Below, one piece after another: positions 9,066-19,279 of a DNA stretch of 64,000 nucleotides. How positions within the stretch are numbered: the stretch's first letter is position 1; each line of letters starts with the position of its first letter. The DNA is from a virus. The stretch spans positions 49,199 to 113,198 of IMG/VR virus record IMGVR_UViG_3300025093_000011, one strand, 5' to 3'. Both the position numbers and the translations under genes were made by a program. The notes beneath the pieces are model-generated. The model did no database searches, was not told the origin of the DNA, and worked only from the letters and a program-made list of their open reading frames with translations.

Positions 9066-12000
9066 ATGGCAAGATATCCACAAGGTGTAACCTCATTTGT
9101 TCCAAGTTATCAGGCTTATGAACCTGATTTTACTACTATGGGTAAAATGTTAAGCATTAGACAAAATCAGTATGACCAAAATTGGGATAGACTAAATCAG
9201 GTATACGGTTCATTATTATATGGAAATACTACACATGAGCAAAGTCAGAAAGTAAAAGATCAATTAAAAAATGAAATTGATTTCAACTTAAGAAGAGTTG
9301 CAGGATTAGATCTTTCTAGAGAACAAAATGTACAACAGGCATTACAAGTTTTTCAACCATTTTATGAAAATAAAAATTTAATGTATGATATGGCAGCTAC
9401 TAAAAATAGAGAGACTGCTATATCTAAAGGGATGGGTTATAAGAATGCAACTGATCCAAACTTAAAAGGTTTATGGTGGGCAGGAGGATTGCAAGCTATT
9501 GAAGAAAAAACTAAAGATTTTCAAGCAACTCCATATGATCAAATTAGAGAATCTGGATTTAATAATATATCATATACTCCATGGGTAGACATTAACGGTA
9601 GAGCTGAAGAAATAGCAAAAGACTTTGGTGATAGAGTTACTCCAAGCTTTAGTGCAGATGGTAAATGGGTTATTCATACTAAAAATGGTGAGCAACTAAC
9701 TGAACCCTTACAAGAGTTATTTAGACTTAGATTAGGAAGTGACCCTGCTGTACAAGAGTTATATTCTACAAAGGCTTATTTAAAAAGAAAAAACTTTATG
9801 AATGAGAGAGCTGGAGAATATGGAGGAGATCCTAAAGCAGCTGAGAAAGAATATCTTAAAGAACGTTATGATTTTTATAAACAAAGTGTAGAGAATAGAA
9901 ATAAATCTTTAAGAGAAAGAAAGTCTTATTATGATAATAATATTAACTTATTAAATCAAAGTATTAAGAATAATACTGCAACTGCAAATTCTGCAAGCAC
10001 TCTTAGAGATTTAGAATTAAACAGACAAGTTCTACAAAATTCTTTAGATGAATCTGATCATGCATTAAAAATGGTTCAGGATGGTCAAAATATATTATCA
10101 GGATCACAAGGTCAAAATACTCCTGATTATAAACAATTAGAAACTTTTGTTGATTCATTAGAAGCTAATCAACTTCTAGGAAATGATTTAGGATTGGCAG
10201 CAAGTACTTTTGCTAAAAGAAACTATGAACAAACTATAAAACAAAATCCTTATAAGGTTCAAGAAATAGCTTTTGCTAATAGTAAGGCATTGAAAAAAAT
10301 GCAGTTTGAGCATGATGAAAACCAAAGGAGGTTAAAAAATAATGATGCTTTAACACAAGCATATTATAAGAATTTGGTAGAGGTGCAAAAAACACATCAA
10401 TACTATATGGATGAAAATGGAGCTATGAGTGTTGTTCCAATAAAGGGAGTTAATGAACCTTATAGTGTACAAGATCCTAACACTACTCCTCCATCAACAG
10501 ATTTTCAAGAAGCTGCTGCTGATTATAATACTAAAAAGTTTAGAGATGCAAGTCAATCTGTAAATGAAGGTATAGGATTATTAGCACCTTTAGGTCTTAC
10601 TGAAGAACAACAAAAATCTATATTAGGTGATGGTTACACTTTTGAAACTTTTGATAAGTTACTACAAGAAACTCAAAAGAAAGGTGCTTCTAATGTTTGG
10701 GATATGAAAAGACCTAATGGTGAATCTGTTGGAGACATATCATTTTTATTAGCTGATAAGCTTGAAAGGATGAGAGTTGCAATCTTTGAAAATAAAGATT
10801 ATAATGATTTAATAAGTAACAGAGAAACACAACCACGTCTAGATGAATTTGAAATAAAGGTTCAAGAAAACTTTTTGGATTTGCAGAACATGAATTCCAA
10901 CTTAACTTGGATGAATAAAACTCATGCAGCAGTAGCAGAGCATGCATCTAAATCAACTAATCCTTCTGAACAAGCTTATGCATATGCCTATGATGATTTT
11001 GGAAATAAAGTAGGTGAAGAACAGTATATACAAAACTTAATAAATAGTAAAGCTATTAGTGCAGAAGCTATGGAAAAATTTAAAGATCTGGCACGAATGA
11101 GAGGCAGGCAAGATCTTATAGATGCTACATCTGAAATAGCTTGGGAGCAGGGACAGTATGGTATGTCTGTTGCAATGAAGTTTGGAAATCTTCTTGGAAT
11201 AGGTACTATAACAGAAGAGGGTCCTGTTCAATGGGGAAAAAATATATTAAGTGTAATTACAGAAAATTGGGATTACCCGTCATATGAAGATGTTATAGAA
11301 GCCGGTGATGAACTGTGGAAAAATAATAATATAATAGGTAAAGATAGACCTATCTATTACGGAACATCAGTAGGAGAGGGGGGAGCAGGAGCTGCATCAA
11401 GAACAACTTTTATGAATGTTATGCCTAATGGTACTAATTCATCTGTTTATAAATATACATATGGAGGAAATACTGTAAAGAGATCTATTTATGACAATGT
11501 AAATCAAATGGACTTAGGTGATTCATCAAGATTTTTAATATCTCTAAATGGTGTAGGAAGAAGTGCTGGTGATAAAGTAAATAAAGATGATGCTACTTCA
11601 GATAGAAATGCTGGAATGAGTGCTATTTCATTAATGCTAAACAATAGAGAAATGGCAAAATATGATGAGGATGCTTTAAGAGTTGGAGTATATGGAACTA
11701 TAGGCTATGAAGGTAATAAATCAGCATACACTTTTAAACCCGGTAAAGAATTTATTGATGCTTATACAACCAAAGTTGATTCAGAGGGTAATGTGACTCA
11801 AGCAGGTTTATGGAGTGCAGAGCAGGGTCAGGCAATACTTACAAATGGTGTTTCTATAATAGGTGATCAAGATATGTTTGATTCAGATGTTTATGATAAA
11901 TATTATGGTAGCAGCATTGGTACTCATTTAAATACACAACAAATGAACGATCCTACAAAACCTGCAACATTAACTTACACACATGCTCCAGGATATACAC

Positions 12001-12308
12001 AGACTTTTACAAAAGTTCCTGTTTCAGATTCTTATGAGGTATCTTATACAATGCCTGTTTTTGATATACAACAATATTTATTATCTGGAACAATGCCTTC
12101 AAGAACAACTTATAATACACAAGCTGGTCAAGGTTCTCTTGATCAACAGTTTGCACAATTTCCAAGTCAGATGAAACAGTTTCAACAGTTTAATAATCAA
12201 AATGCACAAGCAGTAAGAGGATTTAAAGATAATGGCTTTACAGATAAACAAATTATAGAACTCTGGAATAAGTCAGGTGGTAACTTTAGTGGTGTAAATA
12301 GATATTAA
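9066..12308 (+). CDS. Internal virion/ejection protein (coiled-coil rich)
   Basis: 1080-aa ORF with no Cys seen, directly upstream of the giant-protein cluster as in crAss-like phages. Confidence 0.7.
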   Translation: MARYPQGVTSFVPSYQAYEPDFTTMGKMLSIRQNQYDQNWDRLNQVYGSLLYGNTTHEQSQKVKDQLKNEIDFNLRRVAGLDLSREQNVQQALQVFQPFYENKNLMYDMAATKNRETAISKGMGYKNATDPNLKGLWWAGGLQAIEEKTKDFQATPYDQIRESGFNNISYTPWVDINGRAEEIAKDFGDRVTPSFSADGKWVIHTKNGEQLTEPLQELFRLRLGSDPAVQELYSTKAYLKRKNFMNERAGEYGGDPKAAEKEYLKERYDFYKQSVENRNKSLRERKSYYDNNINLLNQSIKNNTATANSASTLRDLELNRQVLQNSLDESDHALKMVQDGQNILSGSQGQNTPDYKQLETFVDSLEANQLLGNDLGLAASTFAKRNYEQTIKQNPYKVQEIAFANSKALKKMQFEHDENQRRLKNNDALTQAYYKNLVEVQKTHQYYMDENGAMSVVPIKGVNEPYSVQDPNTTPPSTDFQEAAADYNTKKFRDASQSVNEGIGLLAPLGLTEEQQKSILGDGYTFETFDKLLQETQKKGASNVWDMKRPNGESVGDISFLLADKLERMRVAIFENKDYNDLISNRETQPRLDEFEIKVQENFLDLQNMNSNLTWMNKTHAAVAEHASKSTNPSEQAYAYAYDDFGNKVGEEQYIQNLINSKAISAEAMEKFKDLARMRGRQDLIDATSEIAWEQGQYGMSVAMKFGNLLGIGTITEEGPVQWGKNILSVITENWDYPSYEDVIEAGDELWKNNNIIGKDRPIYYGTSVGEGGAGAASRTTFMNVMPNGTNSSVYKYTYGGNTVKRSIYDNVNQMDLGDSSRFLISLNGVGRSAGDKVNKDDATSDRNAGMSAISLMLNNREMAKYDEDALRVGVYGTIGYEGNKSAYTFKPGKEFIDAYTTKVDSEGNVTQAGLWSAEQGQAILTNGVSIIGDQDMFDSDVYDKYYGSSIGTHLNTQQMNDPTKPATLTYTHAPGYTQTFTKVPVSDSYEVSYTMPVFDIQQYLLSGTMPSRTTYNTQAGQGSLDQQFAQFPSQMKQFQQFNNQNAQAVRGFKDNGFTDKQIIELWNKSGGNFSGVNRY

Positions 12309-12315
12309 TTAAGAT

Positions 12316-15300
12316 ATGGCTGAAGAATTAGAAAATCAGAATATGCAAGATGTTGCTAATGAGCAAATGAATCAACAAATGATGTCTCAGCAAGATCAAG
12401 CAAATCAACAAGAGCAATCTGTTGAGCAAAAGGTATTTAATCTTGACAATACTCAAAACGAACCTGTAGATCCAAATGTAACATCAACACTTGGTGCAGC
12501 ACAATTAATGAATAATTTAAATACTTCATTTCCAGCTTTACCTGTAGATAATAAATTTGATATACCAGCTCCTCAAGTACAAGAAAATGTTGTAGGTCTT
12601 CCTGATCAACCTCCTGGACCTTATGCTGTTAAAACTCAAGGGGATGCTTTAGTACAGATGCTTCGTGATCAAAGTGAACGTACAAGTAGAACAGAAAACA
12701 AAGATTTTGGAATGTTCTATAATTATGACAATGGTCCTGATGGAAATGCTTTTTATAAAAGGTATGCTGCATTAGTTGGTACTTCTGATTCTTTGTTTGG
12801 AGGAAAAACTTTTGATAATAAAACATTTGATCAAATAGGGTTTTCTCCATTAAGAAATAATGAAGCTAACTTTAATGCACATACTACAGGATGGAATGAC
12901 TGGGGTAGAATGTATAGACATTCATTTCCTGTTTTATTTAAAAGAGGTTTTGTAGATGGACCTAAAAGTATGATAAAAGCATTTAGTGGAGATTTTAGAG
13001 GTGCTGATCTTGCTGATGCAAAAGAGTATGAAGAAGCCGCAGCTATAGGAATGTCAAGTAAAGATGGTGTTGGCCCATGGTTTAATAATACTGTAATGAA
13101 CTTTGGTTATACTGCAGGTATAATTTTGGAAGCCATAGCAGAAGAATTTGCTCTGAGTGCTATGACTCTTGGTTCTGGAGGACTAGGAGCTGGAGTACAA
13201 GCATCAAGAACTGCTCAACTTATAAAAGGTATTGGAAAAGGTCTTGGTAAATTTGGATCTGGTGGTAAAGCTGTGAAAGATTTATTAAAAGCAACTAGTA
13301 CCGTACCTGGTGCAAGAGGTTTATTTAATGGAGTTAAAAAAACTGGAAAGTTTTTCAACCCTTTAGAAAATACTACAAGTACTATATCTGCTTTATATAA
13401 AGGTTCTAATGGTGGAAAGTATGTAACAGGAATAGCAGCGATGTCAAAAACTGCAGGTGCTTTATATAGAGATATGAGAGCATTGAACATGGCTGTATCT
13501 GAGTCTAGATTAGAAGCAGGAATGGTTGAGAACAAAGTGTTTGATAAACTTTATAAAAAGCACTACAAAGATTTTGGAGTTAGACCTACTGCAAAACAGC
13601 AAGCTGATATGAGAGAGCAAGCTAAAGTAGCTTCTTTATCTACATTTAACTCTAATGCTCCTATAATATATTTAACTAATAGATTAACTTTTAGAAACGT
13701 GGTATCTCCTAAAGGAGGTTTAAGAAATTTTATAAAAAATACAAGAGAAGATATTTATAAAATTGGTGCTACTGCAGGTGAAAGAAATTTTGGAACTTTA
13801 GGTAAAGTTATTTATAACAATAGTAAAAAAGCTTTTGAGTTTGAAGCTAATAACTTAAAAGGTTTAGCTAAAAGTTGGTGGAAAAATCCAGGTTATAAAA
13901 CAGCTGCTAAAACATTAGGCTATTTTAAATCTAATTTCTCAGAAGGATTTCAAGAAAACTTTCAAGAAATAGTAGCACGGTCTACTGAAAAATATTACAC
14001 TGAGGCATTTGAAACAAATGTTGTTTCTTCAAGTTTGTATGCTAATGCAGTAAATGACATGACATTTAAAATACAAACAGGAAGTGTACCAACAAATGTT
14101 TATAGAGATGAAATTAAGAATGAACTTAGTGCTGAAGGATTTAAAACCTTTGCTTCAGGTTTTGCAATGGGTATGTTCTCAGCACCTTTAAATCAAGCAA
14201 TACCTTTTTTAAGTACTCAGTATAATAGAATATATCATAAAGATGAATATGTTAAATGGAAAAGAGATAAATTAAAAATTACTAAAGAGTTAGCTAAAGA
14301 CTTAAATAATATAAATACAGGAGATCTTTTAAATCAGAGATTAATGAATGTTGGCATGCAAGATATAATAGCTGACATTTATAAAAATGGTAGCAAAAAA
14401 GAAGCTCTTGATGCAGAATTAGAAGGTTTTGTTAAAACTGTTTCTGTAATGAGTAAGACAGGAACGTTTGGTGTCTTCATTGATAAGTTGGAAGAAATGA
14501 AAACTCAAACAGATGAAGAATTAATAGATGATGTTGGTTCATCTGATATTAAAGAAGCTCCAAAGTATAGAGAAAGAATTGATAGAACTATTGCTAGGTT
14601 AAAGTCTATTGATGAAAATCTTAAAACTGCTAGAGAAAAATTAGAAAATCCTGTAACAGATGAAATGATAGAAACTGCTGCTGATAATAAAGAGAAAGAA
14701 TCTCTTAAAACATTACAATCAGCTTGGAATAAATCTGTAACAAATTTTGTTTTCTTTAATGAAAGTTTTAAGGATACATTACAAAGAATGAATTCTATTC
14801 AAACCAACTATTTAAAAGGTGATCTTTTATCAGATGTTGATTATGCTGCTTCTAAAGTAATATTTGAACCAACCAAAAGAATTAAAGGTCAGATAAATAT
14901 TTTAAAATCAGAAATAGAAATAGAAGAAAATAAAGATGACACTAATAAAACAAAAGTAAGAGACCTTAAAAATCAAATTAAATATTTAGAGGAGTATGAA
15001 AAAGCTTACACTGAATTTAATAAGTTTTATAATAGAGGTCCACTTGTTGCAGCTGCAGTTAAGTCTTTAAAAGAATCTGGAGTAAAAGAACCTACTGAAG
15101 AGCAAATTGAAAAAGAAGTAAATAAGAAAGTAGGGAAGATAGATGATGAAAAGAAACAAGTTTTAATTTTAGGAAATCTTAAAAAAGCACATGATGAATA
15201 TATAAAATCTCTTGCAACAGATGCTGCTGTTCCAATGCTTCAAGAAAATTTAGATAAAGCTTTTAATGAACTTCTTGATTTCTATAAGCTTGGAGAAGAG

Positions 15301-18300
15301 TCATCAATGATGGCTAACTATATAAATATTCTACATGATCCAGGAGAGTTTTTAAAACTTGTAACTGAAACTCAAAAAGCTCAAGAAGAAGCTCAAGCTA
15401 AAATGGAAAGTCTTATAAAAAACTTAATTGATAAACAAGTAAAAAATGTAGAGCATAATCAATTATTAAATACTTTAGCAAGCCATGCTCCTCCACTATT
15501 TTTTGCAGAAGGTCAGTTTATTGACTTTTATAATAATGGTATTGAGCCAACTCATTTCTTAGGTATTGATGGTGAAAGATATGAAAAAGGATCTCCTGAA
15601 TATGGTTCAGGATTAGCTCTAGTTAAAAAACAATTAGAGCTTAACAAGATTAAATTATCAAATGTAGATACTGCAAAAAATATTGAGATGACTCCTGAGA
15701 TGAAAAAGTCTGTAGAAATGATCAAAGCAGTATTTGCTGATTCTATGGATATAATATCAAGCCAAGGAGTCTATAAGTTCCAAGGTGTTGACTTTGAAAG
15801 AGTTTCTAATATAGTTAATAGTATATATGGTGATTATGGTTATCAAGATATAAATAATAGATTATTTGGTGTAGAGTTTAATGAGAGTTTTAGTGATCCT
15901 GTATTTAATGAAAAATTACAAAGACAGGTAAATAGAGTAGATGAGTCTGGTAATGAAATATTTAACTTTAATGAAGCTACTATAAACTCTTACATAGATA
16001 AGCTTGCTGCAGCTAACTTACCTGGATTTAATACAGCAACAATAAATAATTTAAGATCAGAGCTTTTAAGTTTAGCAGAAGGTAATATTTTAAATTCAAA
16101 TCAAAAAGAAATTGATAAGCTTACTAAGCTGAAAGAAAATGAACAGTCTCAGTTTAGAAAAGAAAATTTAGATAGAGAGATTAAAAAATTGCAAGAAGAG
16201 TCTACTATAACTGAAGATTTAAATTTAGAACGTGTAAAACAAGTCATAACAGATATAATTCCAAGAATTACTTATGAGTCTGGTAGACAAAGAGGGGATA
16301 CTCTGGATGCTTTGGTTAGAGACTTTTTTGATGCTAGTATTACAGATTTTACTTATGACTCAACTAAAATTACTAAAGAAGCTTTTGAAACATTGTTTGG
16401 TGAAAACGGTTTTTTAACTAAATTAAAAGAAGCTGAGTCTAGAGGTGATATTTATGTATTCTCAAAAAATTTAACATTAGCAGATAATAATTTATCAGAT
16501 AAAGATGGTAATTTATTGCCACCTGCTGCAGGTTCTTTAGATTTAGTTATTGTAGATAAGAGTGGTAAAGTTTATATTGCTGATTTAAAAACGGGTTCAT
16601 TAAATAAATGGAATAGTTATCAGGTAGCATCACCGGGAACTAAACAACAATATAATTATAAAAAGTATTTCCAAAATAGTATGCAGCAAAGAGCATATGC
16701 AAATCTTCTTTACAATAAAAGTAACGGAATGATTGATGCTGAAACTTTAATACTTCCTGTACAAACTAAAGAAGATCCTGAAACTGGTAAAGTTACATTA
16801 GCTAGCAAACCTGAACAAGGTGACTTAGTAGCAATTCCTGAAATTCTTGAAGAGGAAATGTTTATTTATGCTGATAAAGATCTTAAATATATAGACGAAG
16901 ATAATAATCTTTACATGGTTCTTCAGATTGATAAGAAAATACCTAGAATAGATAAAGGTACTGATCAAAAAGAAATGAATGATGAAGAGGTTTTAAATGA
17001 TGCTATAAAAGAACTACAGTCTGAATTAGAAGAATTAAGAAAAGATGAAACTCCTTCACAAAAAAGAATTAATGAAGTAGAGTTAGAACTTAAGCAAACT
17101 AGAAGTATACTTGCAGAATCAAAATTAACACCTGAACAAAAAGCAAAAAGAGACGCTGATGCTGAACGTACTGCTTATAACAAAGCTGTAACTAAAAGAA
17201 AAAATAAAGCCTTTAAAGAAATAAAAGAAACTAAATTAATTATAAGTGATAGAAATTCTTCAGGTTACAAAACTACTTATACAGATAGTAATGGTGAAGT
17301 TTATATTTTAAATGAAATCATTCTTCCTCAAAAAGATAAAGAAACCGGAAAATATAAACCTATTACTGAAGCAGATAAACAACGTGCTTATAAAAAAATA
17401 CAAAGAAGAATATTAAATTTAGCTGACTTTGATAAGAGTGATTATAAAAGACAAGCTAAAGTAGACAATACTATTGATAATATTACAGGTAGAACTTTTC
17501 CATTCTTTGTTGGTAAAGATGCATTAGGAAATCCTTATGAACACAACCTTACAGTACTCAGTGTTTATGTAATGGATGATGGTAACTATAGAATAAGAGC
17601 TAAAAATAATGTTAACCAGAATGGTTATGATATGGTTGTTACACCTGACGGTGATGTTGTAAAACATTTTAGAGAAGGTAGATTTAGTCCATCTGAAAAT
17701 GAAATAATTTTTAGTGCTGATAGTTTTGCTAGACAAAAAACTGAAGCTGAAAAAGAAGAAGAAAAAGATTCTGTTACAGATAAGAGAGCTGACATAGAAA
17801 AAAGAAGAGAAATAAGTTTAATAGTAGTAGATCAGCTTTCAGAGGAAGAAGTTAAAGAATTAGATAAATACGATGAAATTGAAGCAGCAATGCCTATAGC
17901 TGGAGATTCTGAAACTGGTTATGAAGCTTACTATTACCCAAATATTAATGAAGAAGTTTATTCAACTGATGACCTTAGTGAAGAAGATAGTAAAGATATA
18001 AACAAAGTAAAAGCTTGGGTAAACGCTAAATATGATGCAGAATTAGCTGCTTTAGAAGCTAAAGGCAAACCTGTTGCTGAACCAGAATCTTATAAAAATG
18101 CTGTTGAAGAATACAAAAAAACAGATTTAGGAGGTGGTACAGAAGCACAAATAGCAAAAGATAATCTTATAAAAGAAGCTAAAACTAAAGAAGGAAAAGC
18201 TTTTGTAGAAGATCAAGTTGATAGATTAGAAAAAAATGATGATGGTACTATTACAGTTTATAGAGCTGGAACTATACAGGAGGGTAATATTCCTGTAACA

Positions 18301-19266
18301 ACAAGTAAACAAACTGCAGAACTTATAGCTGAAGAAAGAAAAGGACAAGGATTAAGTTCAGAAATTCAAGAGTTTAAGGTTATGCCGAGTGATGTTGCAG
18401 CAGTAGTTCCAGGAATAGAATCTGAACTTTTAATAAATATTAATACTGGTAATATTAATAGAATTTCAAATACCGCTAATAAACAAGAGAAAGCTTTAGA
18501 AGAACTTCTAAGTGAAAAAGAACAAATTCAAAATGAGCTTTCTAAAGTAGAAGCTGATTTAGCAAAAACTAAAAAAGATAAAAGTGAAGGAACTTTTCCT
18601 TTTGCAGATAGCATATATAACAAAGCTGTAAAAGACAAGACTACTAAAATTAAAAATTTAAAATATCAAATAGTAAAGCTTGATAAACAAATAGCTGCTT
18701 TAGATAAAAATAAAATAGATTCTACTGACTATGTTGCAAGTATTGAAAACATGCAAGATACTGGAGTCTATGATAATTTATTTGATACCTATCAGGCACT
18801 AGATAGAGATAAAGTAAACTTAAAACCATCTGAGTATAATATGTATAAATCTCAACTTGATGATTTAGCTACTTTAGCATTTAATCTAACAGAGTCTGAA
18901 AAAATTGATAGCTTTAAAAAGTATGATGTGGTAAATGTTCTTCAAGATAAAAATGGTAAACCTTATTTATCAAGTGGTGATCAGTTTAGAGTTGTTAATG
19001 CAAATGTAAAAGACAATACTATAACTGTTAAGAAAGCAGGTAAAGGAAATAATAAAACAAAAACTATAACTCTTGATGGTTATAAGAAAGCTATTCAAGT
19101 TTCTGATCCAGGAACTGGAGATAGAAGTTCATCTGAAATAGATAATAATAAAGAATCTAAAACAAAGTTTGAAGATTATATAGCAGATAAAGAAAATTTA
19201 GATAAATTAGATGGTCAGAATAATCAGCCTGAAGATTATAATGATGACAGTATTTTTAAATGTTAG
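12316..19266 (+). CDS. Giant ejected protein: N-terminal hydrophobic/amphipathic region, PD-(D/E)xK nuclease-like domain, ART-like domain
   Basis: 2316 aa. AGSLDLVIVD...IADLKTG...QQRAYA is RecB-type nuclease-like; VYRAG...VTTS...ESE is ART-like. The only Cys is the last residue. Confidence 0.75.
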   Translation: MAEELENQNMQDVANEQMNQQMMSQQDQANQQEQSVEQKVFNLDNTQNEPVDPNVTSTLGAAQLMNNLNTSFPALPVDNKFDIPAPQVQENVVGLPDQPPGPYAVKTQGDALVQMLRDQSERTSRTENKDFGMFYNYDNGPDGNAFYKRYAALVGTSDSLFGGKTFDNKTFDQIGFSPLRNNEANFNAHTTGWNDWGRMYRHSFPVLFKRGFVDGPKSMIKAFSGDFRGADLADAKEYEEAAAIGMSSKDGVGPWFNNTVMNFGYTAGIILEAIAEEFALSAMTLGSGGLGAGVQASRTAQLIKGIGKGLGKFGSGGKAVKDLLKATSTVPGARGLFNGVKKTGKFFNPLENTTSTISALYKGSNGGKYVTGIAAMSKTAGALYRDMRALNMAVSESRLEAGMVENKVFDKLYKKHYKDFGVRPTAKQQADMREQAKVASLSTFNSNAPIIYLTNRLTFRNVVSPKGGLRNFIKNTREDIYKIGATAGERNFGTLGKVIYNNSKKAFEFEANNLKGLAKSWWKNPGYKTAAKTLGYFKSNFSEGFQENFQEIVARSTEKYYTEAFETNVVSSSLYANAVNDMTFKIQTGSVPTNVYRDEIKNELSAEGFKTFASGFAMGMFSAPLNQAIPFLSTQYNRIYHKDEYVKWKRDKLKITKELAKDLNNINTGDLLNQRLMNVGMQDIIADIYKNGSKKEALDAELEGFVKTVSVMSKTGTFGVFIDKLEEMKTQTDEELIDDVGSSDIKEAPKYRERIDRTIARLKSIDENLKTAREKLENPVTDEMIETAADNKEKESLKTLQSAWNKSVTNFVFFNESFKDTLQRMNSIQTNYLKGDLLSDVDYAASKVIFEPTKRIKGQINILKSEIEIEENKDDTNKTKVRDLKNQIKYLEEYEKAYTEFNKFYNRGPLVAAAVKSLKESGVKEPTEEQIEKEVNKKVGKIDDEKKQVLILGNLKKAHDEYIKSLATDAAVPMLQENLDKAFNELLDFYKLGEESSMMANYINILHDPGEFLKLVTETQKAQEEAQAKMESLIKNLIDKQVKNVEHNQLLNTLASHAPPLFFAEGQFIDFYNNGIEPTHFLGIDGERYEKGSPEYGSGLALVKKQLELNKIKLSNVDTAKNIEMTPEMKKSVEMIKAVFADSMDIISSQGVYKFQGVDFERVSNIVNSIYGDYGYQDINNRLFGVEFNESFSDPVFNEKLQRQVNRVDESGNEIFNFNEATINSYIDKLAAANLPGFNTATINNLRSELLSLAEGNILNSNQKEIDKLTKLKENEQSQFRKENLDREIKKLQEESTITEDLNLERVKQVITDIIPRITYESGRQRGDTLDALVRDFFDASITDFTYDSTKITKEAFETLFGENGFLTKLKEAESRGDIYVFSKNLTLADNNLSDKDGNLLPPAAGSLDLVIVDKSGKVYIADLKTGSLNKWNSYQVASPGTKQQYNYKKYFQNSMQQRAYANLLYNKSNGMIDAETLILPVQTKEDPETGKVTLASKPEQGDLVAIPEILEEEMFIYADKDLKYIDEDNNLYMVLQIDKKIPRIDKGTDQKEMNDEEVLNDAIKELQSELEELRKDETPSQKRINEVELELKQTRSILAESKLTPEQKAKRDADAERTAYNKAVTKRKNKAFKEIKETKLIISDRNSSGYKTTYTDSNGEVYILNEIILPQKDKETGKYKPITEADKQRAYKKIQRRILNLADFDKSDYKRQAKVDNTIDNITGRTFPFFVGKDALGNPYEHNLTVLSVYVMDDGNYRIRAKNNVNQNGYDMVVTPDGDVVKHFREGRFSPSENEIIFSADSFARQKTEAEKEEEKDSVTDKRADIEKRREISLIVVDQLSEEEVKELDKYDEIEAAMPIAGDSETGYEAYYYPNINEEVYSTDDLSEEDSKDINKVKAWVNAKYDAELAALEAKGKPVAEPESYKNAVEEYKKTDLGGGTEAQIAKDNLIKEAKTKEGKAFVEDQVDRLEKNDDGTITVYRAGTIQEGNIPVTTSKQTAELIAEERKGQGLSSEIQEFKVMPSDVAAVVPGIESELLININTGNINRISNTANKQEKALEELLSEKEQIQNELSKVEADLAKTKKDKSEGTFPFADSIYNKAVKDKTTKIKNLKYQIVKLDKQIAALDKNKIDSTDYVASIENMQDTGVYDNLFDTYQALDRDKVNLKPSEYNMYKSQLDDLATLAFNLTESEKIDSFKKYDVVNVLQDKNGKPYLSSGDQFRVVNANVKDNTITVKKAGKGNNKTKTITLDGYKKAIQVSDPGTGDRSSSEIDNNKESKTKFEDYIADKENLDKLDGQNNQPEDYNDDSIFKC

Positions 19267-19279
19267 TAAATAAAAGGTA

